Positions 34,632 through 48,391 are shown, counted from the stretch's first letter. The stretch is DNA of 64,000 nt from Oikopleura dioica (GCA_907165135.1 OU015566.1:10416001-10480000); one strand, 5' to 3'. Notes: generated by a model not told the origin, from the sequence alone. Program-made: numbers and translations.

Positions 34632-35333
34632 ATGAGCGACTACAAGTAACAAATTAATAAATTTATCAAGGAAAATAAAAGTATTTCAGTTTCCGTACAT
34701 CGATCGCTCTGAAGCCTAACAAGAGCTTCATGGAGCTAGAAGAGGAAAAGGAGAATTTTAGTCGAGCAATGACGAATATCATCACTACTGACTTGGAAGT
34801 ACTTGAGCCTGAAGAAGTAAGAGTCCTGAAATTTATCCTATTTTTCAATATAATTTATATTATTTATATATTATAGATGGAACGATCAGAATCAGCAATC
34901 AAATGGGAAACAAGGGTTGAGATTTTTTGGTCACTGCTTATCAACGGAGCTATCGCTGTGTAAGTCTCAAAATAAGGCTAGAAAAGAAAGCGAAAGAGGA
35001 AATTTTTAGTTTTCTTTCGCTGATAATTTACATCTACTCAACTCGCGAATTCGAGCCAATTCCACCGCCACATGTCGAATACACTCCAAGAGAGACGATT
35101 TTCTTGAAATGCGCTATTCACGTGGACAGGGATTTCCTAGAGGGTAAGTTCTATTTGCTCAAAGAACAGTAAAAAGACTCCTTTCTTTAGGAATTTGGAA
35201 CACTACGGAAGAAATGCCGCCAACATTGCACAGCGACTACCGCGAAACACTCACCTTAGGGGCGATCACGGTCGAACAACTCATCACAAACTACACTTGC
35301 GAATACTGGCCAGAACACAAAGTCATGACATGA
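34632..35333 (+). CDS. Unknown type II membrane protein with possible single Ig-like domain
   Basis: Joined exons give a TM segment (IFWSLLINGAIA|FLSLIIYIY) followed by IFLKC...GIW...ITNYTCEY, an Ig-like C-W-YxC spacing. Confidence 0.4.
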
Positions 35334-35833
35334 AGAAACGATTTTACGCTTTTAAGAGAATATCACTGTTTTAAATATATTTTTTCACATGTAATAATAA
35401 ATTTTCTCAGTTTTTATGGGTGCAATAATTTCTGCGGGTGTCGGTGTAGACGCTTCATTTGATGAAATAATGTGGAATATAGGGTAATTTGAAAGTTCAG
35501 GAAAGGAAATTTTCAGATTTAATGAATTCTCATACTTTTAAAAGAGATGGGGATTGTTGCTAGCATTACTGTAGTAGGACTCGCTCTATTTTATAAAAAA
35601 TCATTCTTCATCTTATTTATTCTCATGAAAAGGAGGGCAGACCGCCGCGAGCCAATCCGCGCGGCGGAATTTTTGTTAGAAACGCGATTGAACCCGTCTA
35701 AATAAGAGGATCTTAGCAGAAGAAAATTAATCAAGAATAGCGCTATAAAAAGACTAACGTATTATTTCATGTTAAAAAATCTTATTGTCTCTTAGAATAA
35801 CAATTTTACAATGAAAATTGTTTGTCTTTCAGA

Positions 35834-37756
35834 ATGGTATTTGGAATATCAATCGGCTCGACAACCCTATCGAACGCAGTTGTCGCTTCGGGGCGTGCCC
35901 AACTGGTAGCAAACGCGGACGGACACCACAGGCCCCGAGCTGTCGTGGCAAAAGTGGAGAACGAGTTTTGCGTTGGAACTGCCGCGCTCAGTGCCAGAAA
36001 TACTCCCCTCTTCAAGAATATTCTCAAGGAATTTATACAAAATGGGCCAACTCACATGATTCAGTGTCAGGTAAAGTTTATTCAATAAAATTCCATTAAA
36101 GTCGATCAAGCATGGTAGACAATTTTTTGGCTCATTTTACAATTATCCTCTAGTGAAATCATTTAATACTGGGCTTGGCGCAGTGGCCACTCGCATTTAT
36201 AACAGATGATTTTCCTTTCTCTGAAGAAGTTTCATTTAGGTCGATCAAATATTGTCCGAAATAGGCAAATATTGTTCCAGTCTCTAACTAGGTTATCTTC
36301 AAAAGAAGGATAAAGATCTTCGTTGTGAGTTTATTTAGTTGAATACAGTACAATATATAGATATTTTAAGCTCGAATGGCAATAGAAAAAGAGGACACAA
36401 TTATTGAATCATTTTTCCCTTTCATTTCATAAAAATGACATGCAGCAGTTCTCTTTATACCATCTCCGCTATTTTCATGAAGGAAGTGTTTTCAGGCCAA
36501 CCAAATATTTATTAAAGATTTTACATCGTCTGATTCTGTTTCTTCAGGGAAAAGATCTGCGAGTGGACGTCTGCCTAGCTGCCTTAATCCGCGAATGCAT
36601 CGCAACCTGCCGAAATTTCAATACATCGGCAGAAAACGTCAGCCTTGTCATTCCCGATGAGTTCAGCGAAGAGCAGGAAAAGCAGTTCGTGAAGATATTC
36701 GAAACAGTTTCCGAAATGAAAGTGAACAGAGCGATTAGACGGTCGGCCGCTGCCCTGGTCGCTGCCAGACAGAATGGATCACTGGAAGAGCAGGAGATTC
36801 AGAAAGGATCGAAGAATGTTTTGGTTGTCAGGATTGGAGGGTTAACTACGACAGGTACAATTTTTAAATACCTTTTTGTACGTTTTTTAATACCTCTCTA
36901 CCACAAGCAGCTAAACGTGTCTTCGAAGAAATGCGCTAAAATCCCTCTTTTAGGAACTTTATACCGAGAAACAAACGGGCTGTTAACAAAACTAAAGCAA
37001 AGTCACAATCAAAGCGGAGCGGACGTCATCGTCAAGCATCTCACAGACTATCTGGTGCGCGAAGCCAATCGAAAATTTCGCTGCGATCTGAGCGAGTCCA
37101 AAAAATCAATGAACAAAGTCGAGCAAGAGGCCCGCCGAGCGATTGAAGTGTTGAGCAACAAGGACTCCGTCAATGTCCAAATTGACTCGTGCTTCGAGGG
37201 CATGGACTTTCAAATGGTCGTCAATAGAAGTCGAGTGACTGCGACGGCCCCTTACAAGCCAGTCTTGGAGGGAATTTTTAGTGATTTTGAAGGAGAAACT
37301 GTCGATGAAGTTTTGATGTGCGGAGGTGCTGCGAAATCGCCTCCATTCCAGGTAAAATTAGGGAATAAAAGGATTGGATTAAAGCGTTTTTTTCTTTAGA
37401 AAATCGTGCAAGGAAAATACCAAAACGTTATTGCGCTGCCAAACGCGGAAGAACTCATTCCCCTCGGCGCTGCAATCCAATGCCACATCACATCGAGTGG
37501 GAACAAGCTGTCCATCAACGAAATTCCGCGCAAAATCGCCCTCTCTTCCTTCTCCCTTCGCAACGGTTCCGAAACTGTGATCGAAAAGGGAACGCCACTG
37601 CCATTTTCGTTCACGACGAACAGCGAGAGCAGCTTCACTATCCCCGAGCTCGGCGAAGACGTCATCTTCTCCTCCGACGGTCATGTGACTGGGAATCTTA
37701 ACGAAAAAGGACTCTTCTTTACCTCCGGCGAAAAGAGTTTCGAGCTGCTCTTCTGA
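35834..37756 (+). CDS. HSPA14: Atypical Hsp70, HSPA14-like (ribosome-associated complex subunit)
   Basis: Contains GRAQLVANADG, VGTAA, IDSCFEGMDF...VNRSR, VLMCGGAAKSP, EELIPLGAAIQ and KGTPLP. The C-terminus is short and lidless. A TTTCAG acceptor lies just before the ATG. Confidence 0.7.
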
Positions 37757-37902
37757 AAATAGTCATAATTTATACAAATACAGTACCTTTTCTTTTTCTC
37801 GCTTCGGCTGAGAAATTACCCCAAAAACAGCAAAGGAAACAATCTCTGCTTTTAGAACAAACATGACAGAATGAGAAATCGAATAAGTAAAAAGTCGAGA
37901 AA

Positions 37903-39300
37903 TGGAAGGATTTCCGAAGATACCGAGATTTTTAAAGAATCCAGGTGGATGGATTGACTTTGAGATTCACTTTTCCGATGACCTGGTTCATTGCGCCAGA
38001 TACCGGTAAGTTATTATTTGAATTTCTCTGAATAACAAGTTCCTCAGCCGCTTGGGCAAGCTGTACATAGATTGTGTGCGCTCCGTCCGAATCAATGCCA
38101 AACTACGCCAAGAAAATACGAGCATCGCCGGTCTACCTCCTTTTCCTCCGAAAATCGTCTTCATCAACCACCAAAAGCTCGAACGCCGCCGCGCGCTGCT
38201 CGAAGAGTGGCTCCAAGCAATTTCATCGCTTCCTCAAACTAGCTGTATCTACCAACAATATGCCAATTTTGTCAGGTAACGCATTAAAACATTACAAAGG
38301 ATGTGAAAAACCAACAAACATCTCTTGTCTATCTCCCCTCTCTTCTGGCTTTAAAAGTAACATGAAGATTAGCGAGTGCAAGGCGAAATCATCCTCTTGT
38401 GTGGAGAAAAAAGAGATTCAGGTGTTTTTCTTGGATGGAAGCTTTGTATCGATTGTTACAAATGGAAAACGATTAGCTGGTAAAGTTCCCCTGTCAATGT
38501 CTTGTTCAGTTTAAAATTTTAGAGAGCGTGTCAAAAGCGTTGAACTTCCCACCCAATCTCTGTCGAAAATTTGCCATCTACCTCCAAATCAATACTTCCA
38601 CTTCCTGGCAGTTGCATAAAAAGCTCAGATCTTTCGATAACGCCCTCGATTATCTGAAGCCGAGGACGAGACTTTGTTTCACGAGAGATTTCTTCTGTCC
38701 TTCGATTGATTATGAGCTTGGTCAATTCGGTAACCATCGATTCAGTCTCATTTTTGCTTACTTTTTCTTAGAGGAGGGATTCCGCTTCTTGTTCAACGAA
38801 GCCAAGCATAACTATTTATCTGGTACCTTGATTCCGCGAACCCAGCTCGACGATGACTATTTCAAAAGGTTTCTTGGAGAGCAAAAGGAGGAAAACTTTC
38901 TCGAGCTTGCAAAATGCCAGCCATACTATGGCTGCTTCACTTTTGGACCTCTTCTTTGGTGAGATCCCGTCAAATCTTTCACTTTGACTAATTTATATCC
39001 AGCTCTCTGCCGAATGAAGAGACAAAGTGTATTCTGACCATTGGTGATTTCAAAGTACGAATACGGATCTTTCTCCACAATGCCTTAGAAGCGACAATTT
39101 CCATTCGCCATATTGCCTACACAAGCGTTTCAACTGATTCCATGAGCCTGAAGCTTCATTTGAAACAAGTGAGAGCTTCAAAGTCGACTGAAATTAACGC
39201 TCTCTTTCAGGACTTTCCAAAAGTCTCGTCAATAATTTTTACTACATCTGATGCTCAACTTATTTCTTCGATGATATCTTCAATGCTGGATCCTTTCTGA
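37903..39300 (+). CDS. Sorting nexin, SNX17/SNX31-like (PX plus FERM-like)
   Basis: PX motifs HCARY|SRL, LPPFPPK and LERRRALLEEWLQ, followed by EIQVFFLDGS (RA/FERM-like F1). Confidence 0.7.
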
Positions 39301-39552
39301 GTCCCCTTATTTCATCTTATCTTGTATATAAAAAAAGCTTTTAAAATCCTTAAACTCCTCGCTCCATTGTCACATCTTTCTTATCTTCAAGTACCCCTTT
39401 CTTTATGTTCAATCTCAGATTTAATGAGATCCTTTTTCGAGTTTCTTCTGTCGGTATTATTGCACTGTATTGTGAGAGTAAAATTATTTATTAAACTTAT
39501 TCAAATAAAGTGTTCTTTTTGGTATCTTTTTCTTTTTTTTGCAGATCAGTCG

Positions 39553-41214
39553 ATGGGTAATTCGAACAGTCTCCCGGAGATTCCTGGCGGTGGGTACGAC
39601 GGATATCATGTCCTTCGAGTCCAGGTAGACTTTATTTTGGTGACAGCAAGGGTAATTCAGTTTAGGAAAACTCCCCCGGACACAAGGCAGGCCTAGAGCC
39701 CTTTTTTGACTTCATAATTTGCATCGGCAACATTCGACTTGATCGTGACGATGATCGGCTCAAAGAAATGCTCAAGCAAAATGTCGAGAAGCCGATTCAA
39801 CTTCTTGTCTCTAGCAGTAAAACCTTGACTGTAAGATCGATTTTGCTTTATTCAGACTTATTTATTTCCATTTTAGGTTCGAGAACTGACCCTGACACCT
39901 TCAGGGATTTGGGGAGGACAAGGATTGCTCGGTGTTTCCATTAGATTTTGCAGTTTTGAAGGTGCTAATGAAAATGTTTGGCATGTTTTGGTAAGATCAT
40001 TAATTTTTCTCATGTCATTTATTTCATTCTAACTTTAGGAAGTTGAATCAAACTCACCTGCTTACCTCGCTGGTCTGCGGCCCTTCACAGACTACGTTAT
40101 TGGCGCAGACTCGATTCTTTCCGAGCAAGAAGATCTCTTCACGCTGATCGAATCAAATGAAGGAAAACCGTTGAAACTTTACGTCTACAACTCAGAAACC
40201 GACGCCAGCCGCGAAGTGATTCTTACTCCTAACTCTGGCTGGGGAGGCGATGGATCCATCGGATGTGGTATCGGATACGGATATCTTCATAGAATTCCAG
40301 TTGAAGAAATCGCCGCTGCAAATCAAGCTCCAAAGCCCACACCATCTGTCGCTGTTCCCGCGGCCACTACTGTTGGTTTGACACCAACAGCAGCTTCGCC
40401 AGCGATTCCAGCAGTTCCAGTTGCCTCGGCTGTTCCATCCGCGACGACTTCTGTTCCTGGTGGAGCTGTTCCTGCTATTCCTACTCTCGGTAGATTTTAA
40501 TTCAGAAACTGTCCCCTAATTGATTTCTAAGGAGGCCTTCCCTCGACTGGAGCACCAGCAGTCTCCGCTGTTGGCTTGCCAACAATTCCAACTCTCGCCA
40601 CCCCAACCCTTCCAACTCTTGGAGCTGTTCCCACCCTTGGCGGACTTCCTACGGCCTCTGCTGCAGCTCCGCAACTCTCTACTGGATTGCCCACTGCTTC
40701 TACAAGCACTGGTTCGTCCTCTCCAATTGTTTGTTTTATAAATTTCTCCTAAGGTCTTCCCCCGATCTCCGTCCCAACCTTGCCTCCTCTCTCACTTCCG
40801 TCTCTCAACTTGCCCACTTTGAATACAGCAAACTCGACTGCACCGTAAGTATCAACTAGTTTTCTCTTTCTGAAATAATTCACCAGATCAATTATTTCAC
40901 GTTGAATTTATCAATCATTTATCAATGTCGTTTATTTGCATGTTGATTATTCTAGCAGTTTGACCTTGCCGTCAACTTCCTTCAGCTCAACGTTGCCTCC
41001 ATTGAGCCTTCCCTCGTTGAACCTCCCCACACTCAATCTGCCAAGGTTTGATGATTACTGCATGATTTCTGTTTGATTCAACATGGAGCATTGGTTTAAA
41101 ATCTTCTCTTACTCTTTTTTTAGTTTGACAACAACTGCTCCAATCACTACTCCAGATTTGAGCAAGCTCAACTTGAACATACCAAGCTTGAACCCAACCC
41201 CACAGGCTGAGTAA
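39553..41214 (+). CDS. GORASP2: Golgi reassembly-stacking protein GRASP55/65
   Basis: MGNSNS myristoylation start, GYHVLRVQ|[32 protein letters not shown] and [13 protein letters not shown], followed by a Pro/Thr/Leu-rich tail. Confidence 0.9.
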
Positions 41215-41341
41215 ACGGTAAGACATCACAATCTTTCTTGTTGCTGATCACAGTTTAGGACCGAGGATAAATTTTCAATTGTGAAAATTACCAAACAGAG
41301 AATCAGCTTATTTTCTATAGAAGAAATATTTAGACCAAGTA

Positions 41342-41747
41342 CCGTGGTTTTCCATCTTAAGAGCGCCCAACTTAAGAGCGTTTTTGCCAATATTTTCCAT
41401 ATTTTGTCATCTGAAAAAATCCCAACTTTAGAGCGTTTTTATGAATTTTTAATAAATAATTAGAATAACGTTTATTTCAACCTGAAAAATCATTGAAAAA
41501 AATTGTTTTCTACGCTTTTTTACAGGTAAAATCATAGCCTCTGATTCAAAGATCGAAATTTTTTATCATAAATAGGTAAAAATGACCTCAGATGCATTTT
41601 TGGAGTTTTGGAAAAAATTCATTTTATGCATTTTCATTCATCATTTTTTCCCACTGTCATCCAAGTTTGATCGTAAATTTTCCAACTTAAGAGCGTTTTG
41701 GTCTACCCTTGTCATCTGAAAAACGCTCTAAAGATGGAAAACGACGG
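41342..41747. mobile_element. Tc1/mariner-type (TA-targeting) MITE, 406 bp
   Basis: TA flanks at 41340-41341 and 41748-41749. TIR CCGT(G/C)GTTTTCCATCTT(A/T)AGAGCG is 24 bp with 2 mismatches. Internal subrepeats are AACTTAAGAGCGTTTT and TGTCATCTGAAAAA. Confidence 0.8.
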
Positions 41748-42443
41748 TATATATAAAAAACAGTATTAAAAAGCAAATAAAAAGTTCTGTGCAATAAAAT
41801 TCCTTATCATCTGCTTATTCTATCTAGCTGTTTCCTATCTCCACTCTTTTACGTGTGAAAACAGAAATCAACAAGCAATAATTCCGTTTATTAACTGAAA
41901 TAACTTTTTTTTATAATAATATGAGAATCCGTCGCCATTTCGCGAGGTGCGAGGTTTCCCTTACCTTCGTCCCTTAAACTCCCTGTTTACCTAATATAGT
42001 TTGGTTCTTACATGGAATGGCTCTATCACTGTTTTTTTTAGGTTTACTCCCACTTTGTCCCAACCGTATTCAAAATCCTTAGGAGGAAACCCCATACAAC
42101 TATACGTTTTTAGATAGCCTAGACCCTGCTGCGTGTCCTCGTCGGAGTCTCATGACCTCGGCGAGGTCACGTGACCTCGAATAGCTCATTTGAAGAGAGG
42201 TTATGCCCAAAATGGCCTATTTTATATGTAAAACCGAAGAAATTTTCTCTAACTCTAGCATAGGCAGATCCTTGTATAATATAGTTTTAGAATCCCCAGA
42301 TGACGGGGATCATTTTGACTATTGATGATAAGGGGTACCTCATGCCCTGAGGCAAATAAATGGGGTCTGAAAAAGTGGGAGCGAACCTAAAAAAAACAGT
42401 GTTTCTTTCATAAATCATATTTGATTTTTCATTTTTTAAAGAA

Positions 42444-44343
42444 ATGCTGCGGACTTTTCGAAATCGGCTTTGGAAAAGCTCGCTTAGATATTCCAGCGGG
42501 AAGTTTTCAAATCTTCCTAAAGATCTTGAACCAGAAGAAACCGTCGATTTCGATCTTACAGTTGAATATCCTGGCGATTTCGAAATAGCTTTAGATAAGA
42601 TTCGTGAAGAAACTTCAGGCATGGATGAACAATTTGAGCGCTAGAAAGCAGTTTCCCTTTTTCTAAGTCTCTTAATAAATTGCCATCCAAAACTCGGATG
42701 AGGAAAATCTCCTCAAAATCTTCATGGACAAAAGCTACGCGAATGAAATGGAAGCCTACCTGGCCGATGCTGAGCATTCATACATCCAAGAAGCCGACAA
42801 ACGAGCATTTTACATGGCAGTGGAGCTTTGGAAAAAAGAAGCAGGGCCCGGCAGACAAGGACATAAAGATTTCATCGTGATGGCGATTCCCACTATCTCT
42901 CAGCTCGGCTTATCCAAGGATACCAAGGCTTACATGACGCTTCTCGATTGCTGGCCAGATGCAAACTACGTCTTCGCCGAAAAAAGCCCTATCTACAAGC
43001 AAACAACTTCGCAGTCGACCTTCTTCATCGAAAAATTCGAGTGGACTTCAGACGCGAATCTCTGCAAGCATCTTTTACGCACAATGGAGCGCAATGGATG
43101 TCCTTGTACGAATGAGATTTACGCCAAAGTCACTGATCTGTTCGGTATCTACAGCGATGCGAGTGTTTTGGCGAGACAGCAAATGCTGTTCAACAAAAGA
43201 TTAATGGAACGAAATCCGTTTCCTATTGAAATCCCAAAGGATCCGACAGAACTTGCTGCAGCCACTTTGAGACAGGCTTCCCCTGGCTTGGATCGGCAGT
43301 ACCACAGATTCCCGATCAAACAAAGAGACGGGAAATGGATCAGAAGCGAGAAAGATGGCGAGTTTTATGAGTCTCACGACTCCGTGATCGTTTCTCAGTC
43401 GCCCGAACAACTTGATAATCTTCGAAATCACGATCCAGACGAACCAGTTCTCATCGAAGGACCGATTTCTATCTTCATGAATGGAAAAGCGACAGAAATC
43501 TTTGTCCTGAGGAGCGAAAATCAAGTTGAGAAGACAGCTCGCGAAAAGAGAAACGAAAAGTTTGATAAAAAGTACACAACCGTCATATCCAATAAAGAAT
43601 GGTTCGCCGATTTCTATGGTAAAGACTTAGAAACAGGAATGGAATTGCATGGTGGAAGACAAAGGACAATGAGAGCCTTCGGAGCGCAAGGAGCGATGGA
43701 TCAATTAGATAAAAGGTAGGAGAGAAAATTCCTCCTACGGTCTGACTTATTTGAGCAGCGTTCTAGAGCTCGAAGCAACACACGAAAAACGCCTCATCTT
43801 TCCAAAAGAAGAAGAGCCAATCTATGAGCAAATCGAGTACGATCTCTCCTGGAAACCGATCACGGACTTTCGCGGAGACTCCATCCCTGAGTTGCTGAAA
43901 AGCGGCCACTTGAGATCGGAAGAGTTCGCCGATGAAGTCCAACTTGGCAGGAGAACAGAAGCTAAAGTATTCTGCCTCGCTCATATTGATTGTGAACAGA
44001 AACTTTTGCCAGATGCATATTCGGTGAGTTCTTGAGTTTATGAGATTGATAAACAGCTGTCTTTCAGACTTGGATTCGTGGAATAGCAGAAACAGTCGAA
44101 CCAAAGGTTCAAAACTTCACAGTCGTTCTCCGAGAAGACTGGACACCGGAAAATTCTGACCATCTAACAATCGACCCAAGCCCTGGCAATCGCGGGTACA
44201 ATCAAATCGAAGAGGTGCTGGAGTCAGAGCAGTTCGACGAAGAACTTGAAGAAGAAATCAGACGCGAACAGATTGAGCGCGAAAAAGCGAAAGAAAACAA
44301 AAAGTCGTTCTTTTCATTTTTCAAAAAGAAGGATGATAATTAG
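42444..44343 (+). CDS. ECSIT: ECSIT (complex I assembly / Toll pathway adaptor)
   Basis: Contains RQGHKDFI, LLRTMERNG, ERNPFPIEIPKDPTELA and QSPEQ...HDPDEPVLIEGP. The N-terminus resembles a mitochondrial presequence. Confidence 0.8.
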
Positions 44344-44539
44344 TATTTAATAAATTATTTGTAAATAGATAACTATAAAATGCACTTTTTCGTATTTGAA
44401 AATTGCATTTTTTTGTTCTTCTTTTGAATGCTTGTTGGAAATTTATTGAAGAAAATATTGAAGAATCTTGAACAAGTAAAATCTTGATGATTTTGAAAGA
44501 ACAGAAATTGATGAAAAATCAACGTGGGTAGAAGCAATT

Positions 44540-47478
44540 CTAAGACGCATATCTAGCAGTGATTTCATTAGCTTGAGCAGCGTCACCCGCTTGTTGCGCA
44601 AGTTTGTGGCATTTGGCAATTAGGTCGAAATCACCAAGTTGATGAGCTACAGTAGCTGCTTGAACAAAGGATTTGAGATTGATGTGAGCCTTGACTTTCG
44701 TTCGGCCTTGGCATTTTGGAAGCCACTTTTCGGCTTCGGGCTTGTTGCCAGAGTCGTTGATGATTTTGATTATCTGATCAGGAGCTAGGGGACGATTATG
44801 TCTTTGAATTCAAGAGAGGACTTACGCAAAGAAGCGTTTCTTTTCGTTTTGGCGAGCATTTTGTCTAGTTCTTCGTATTTAGCATTGCCTGCCAAGAAGA
44901 CAGCTTTCATCCTCGTGTAAAATTTTTCATTGAACTAAACTCAAGTCAGATTTTGAAACAGAAAAATAACACAAACCTTTAGCTCCCGAGCAAGCTTATC
45001 CGCCGCCGCCTGATCTAGAGGAATGAGGATTTCAAGCGTTGTTTTTAACGGTTTTCCGATAAAGTTCAAATGCTGGTAGACCTTCTCCAGTTCTTTCTGC
45101 GCCATCAGAAGCTGCTTTTGGCTGGAGATATTGACCAAAGCGTTGTCATCGACGGCAGCCATTCTGAGACTGCGTTCCGCTCCTTCGAGGGAAGCGATTT
45201 TACGCTCCACGTCGGCTTTTGCTTCTTTGGCGCTGGAAAGGTGACCCATCGCGAGATAAACGGAGTGCTCGGTGGGATCCTAAAGATTTTTTTTTTTGAT
45301 TATTGGTAGAAAATAATATCCGTGACATTGGAAGAAGATAAAAAAGCTGAGTGAATTCCCAAGTCATCATTTTTCAAATGAACTTTCTCGATAGTTTGTC
45401 GCAATAACAGGAACCCTTTCTTTATTTACTCGTATATTATGTATAACAAACCTGTAATTCTCCCAACATTCGTTTGTTATGTTCCTTGCAATAAATAGCA
45501 TACTGAGCAGCTGCTGCGGGATATTTCTTCAAAACTTGTGAGTACTCTTCCTTCGGCCTCTTCGCATGAATATGAAGCAAGCAGAGATAGATCAGATCAG
45601 GATCTCGGGATTCGAGAGCACATTCAAGAGCTCTGTCGCCTTTTGGACTTATTTCCAGCTAAATATCCCTTATTTTCATGCAAAAAGATTTATGATTTAC
45701 CAGTAGCTCTACTCGAGGTCTAAATCGGGGTTCAAGCTCGACCAAATTCAGCCCTAATTCTTTCTTTCCACTTCTTGAAGCTTCTCTAGCGATGTCAATA
45801 AAAGAAACGGAGCACTACAAATCCTTTAGCAAAATGATACCCTAAGTTTTTAAACCTTGAGCTGATCAACTTTCATCGAAATTTTCCTCGTGACTTTCTC
45901 ATACTCATGCTCTGCACAGTCTCTTACGAGCGTTCTCGCCCAATTTGTGAGCAGATCTTTCTTGATGTTTGGAAATTTTCTTTCAAGATGAAGATAGTCC
46001 ATCACCGTCCAGCAGAGTTGATAAAGCCCTCGAGATTGGAGTCTTCCGACAATTCCCATTGGACCTAATTCGCGGAATTGGTCGATGGAGATGGCCAGAC
46101 CAGGGGCGGCGCGAAGTTGGTTCAAGACTCGCATTATTCTTGTTATTGATATCAAACTTTACCGACAAGAAAGCGGTTTTTGCAAAAGCAACTAAATAGT
46201 AAAGATTTGCTATCAGTTCCTGTTTGTGTTAGCAAAGACATTCGGGTCAAAATCTTCCGTCAGAACAAGCCCAAAACTCGCTGCTTTCAGATACTTCTTC
46301 TGCATTGCCGGGTCGTATTCATAAGTAGCAGCTGTCATGCACTGTTCAATCCCGTCAACGAGAGAGCACTCTGGAGAGTTTTCATCTCTCAAAACAGCGA
46401 TTATTTCTTCGCCCCTTTCGTTGTTGGCCGCAATCATTTCGTATCCATCAACCAGCATCGCTCCAGCGCCAGTTGGCAAAGTAACTTGTTTGGTTGATTC
46501 AGAAACAGCGGTCAGGAAATCTTGAAATCTGCTTCCAACGATTCTTATTCCATCTTTCTCTTCAAAGATCGTTGCGAAACTTTCCAAGTCGTAAATGGCC
46601 CAATTCTTATCGCAATCGAGCAAAACCAGGAATTCCGTCCAAAGAAGTGCGGCAACCGGTCCGAGATTTTCACTCCCTTGAGTGAGTAAAGCCGCGGCTA
46701 GCGGAACAGACTTTATTTTGGCCGCAGTATTGAGTTCCGTGATGATTTCGAGTGTCTTCGAGTTCAAGATGAGCTGAATGCCAGAATCGGTCGTTCCAGC
46801 GCAGAAAGATCCGCAAAGAGAGGAGGTTATTTGGAGAAGATTGTTGAAAGGCTTGGAAACGCTGATCGGGTGTACTTCTATTCGACTTGAGCCGTCTGTA
46901 GCGACTGTGTAAAAGTTTGTCTTTACCGCAGAAAGAATGTAGCTGCGCTTTTTAGAAGTTATGACAGTCCAGCAATCCGGAACATTCTGTGTAATCGGCC
47001 CGATATCAAGTCGCTTCAACGAGTTTTCATAATTCGGCAAAACTGAGAAATTTCCGCTCATCGTCAAAATCACCAGACCAAGAGTGGAATCCGTTCTGAA
47101 CGTCTGCGCCTCAAGAATTTCCTCAGAACTAACTGAAAAGCTCGTGAGAAGTTTCAGCAGCAAGTCGTATTGGTACAACTTTCCATCTTCAGTCACGATA
47201 TTCAAAAGCTCCAAATCGAGCGCGAAGAACATGAAAACGATTCTTCCGGATTTCCAGAGCTCTTCGGAAAGAAGAGATCCATCAGGGTTGAAAAGACGGA
47301 CTTTAGGGCGATTCGCAAGAGTAATCGTATCTGGCTCGATTTCGGAAGTGGCAAAGACTCCAGAACAGGAGCAAATCGCTGTGTGACATCCTCGAAGATC
47401 CGTCTTTCTAGCGAAGGATTTCAAGCGCTGTCGGCGTATTTCTCGCTGTCCGAGGGGCTTCCAGTCGTCTTCGTTCAT
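44540..47478 (-). CDS. VPS16: Vacuolar protein sorting 16 (HOPS/CORVET subunit)
   Basis: Contains DWKPLG, GAMLVDG, GIEQCMTAATYEYDPAMQKKYLKAASFG and MRVLNQLR...GI. C-terminal helical exons continue to ARYAS*. Confidence 0.85.
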
Positions 47479-48391
47479 TTTTTACGACTCTGAAAGATTT
47501 ATTACTAAAAAGAGTGTCTTCAGAAAACGTTCTTTGAAAACTCTTGCTGTTGAATAATTCAAATTCACACAGAAGGAAATATTTACATTTCCCCTTGACG
47601 GGAGTATTTATTGAGTAAACAGATGAGTTACTATCAAATTTGATAGTTGATATTTTCCTTTTTTGGAATGTCAAGAAAGTTTTCATAAGAAGGGATTGAA
47701 TGGTTTAGGTCGAAAAGATCCCATTAGCCAGTTTAGGTAAGAAAAATTTAATAATAATTTTTGAACTTTGTTGAACTTTGAATTTGGCTCTTGCCTCAAG
47801 CTCATCCCTTTTGAAGGATGATTTTTCTAGAGGTTGCTTCACTATCAGCCGTTGCGTCGCACCGCTGGCCAAATCTGGCAGCGGCGGCACGTGATTGGGC
47901 GAGCCCGCACGTGAAAATATGGTCCGATATTCTTCACAGAACTGAAATCACCCAATACATCGAACCATGCTCTCATTCTGCTTCTTGCTTGAATCGCGTA
48001 CACCCAGAGTTTTCTCTCCCCAAATTTTTAACCCCTGATTAATTGACTTTTTCATCCCCTTTTTTCGAACGTAACCTTGAGAGTCAAACAAAATGCCGAA
48101 GCTCTTGATGCAACCAGAAGAACACCGATTTTTGGTAAGAAATTTTTCATCGGTCAAACGAGTTCGAAAATTGAAAATTTTTTAAAAATCATTGAGAAAG
48201 AACAAGTCTGAAATGATTTTATGAATCGTTCCTGCCGCTAGTACTAAATAACGTAAATCTCGATAGATTTTTAAGAACTCTTATTTTCACTCAATAATAC
48301 CGTAATTTACTCAAGTTTTTTTTAGAAATTCTTGACATAAAAAATACTGTAAAAATGTATGTTCCGTATTTATAAACTTTTTCATTTCTAG

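Noticed and set aside
35834-41214. HSPA14-SNX17-GORASP2 as a trans-spliced operon
   Set aside because: The genes are co-directional with TTTCAG/TTGCAG acceptors near the ATGs, but gaps of about 150-250 nt are longer than typical larvacean operon spacers. This cannot be supported without SL-read data.
41990-42290. Insertion bounded by the TAATATAGTTT direct repeat
   Set aside because: No terminal inverted repeats, poly-A tail or other element hallmark; the AT-rich repeat may be chance.
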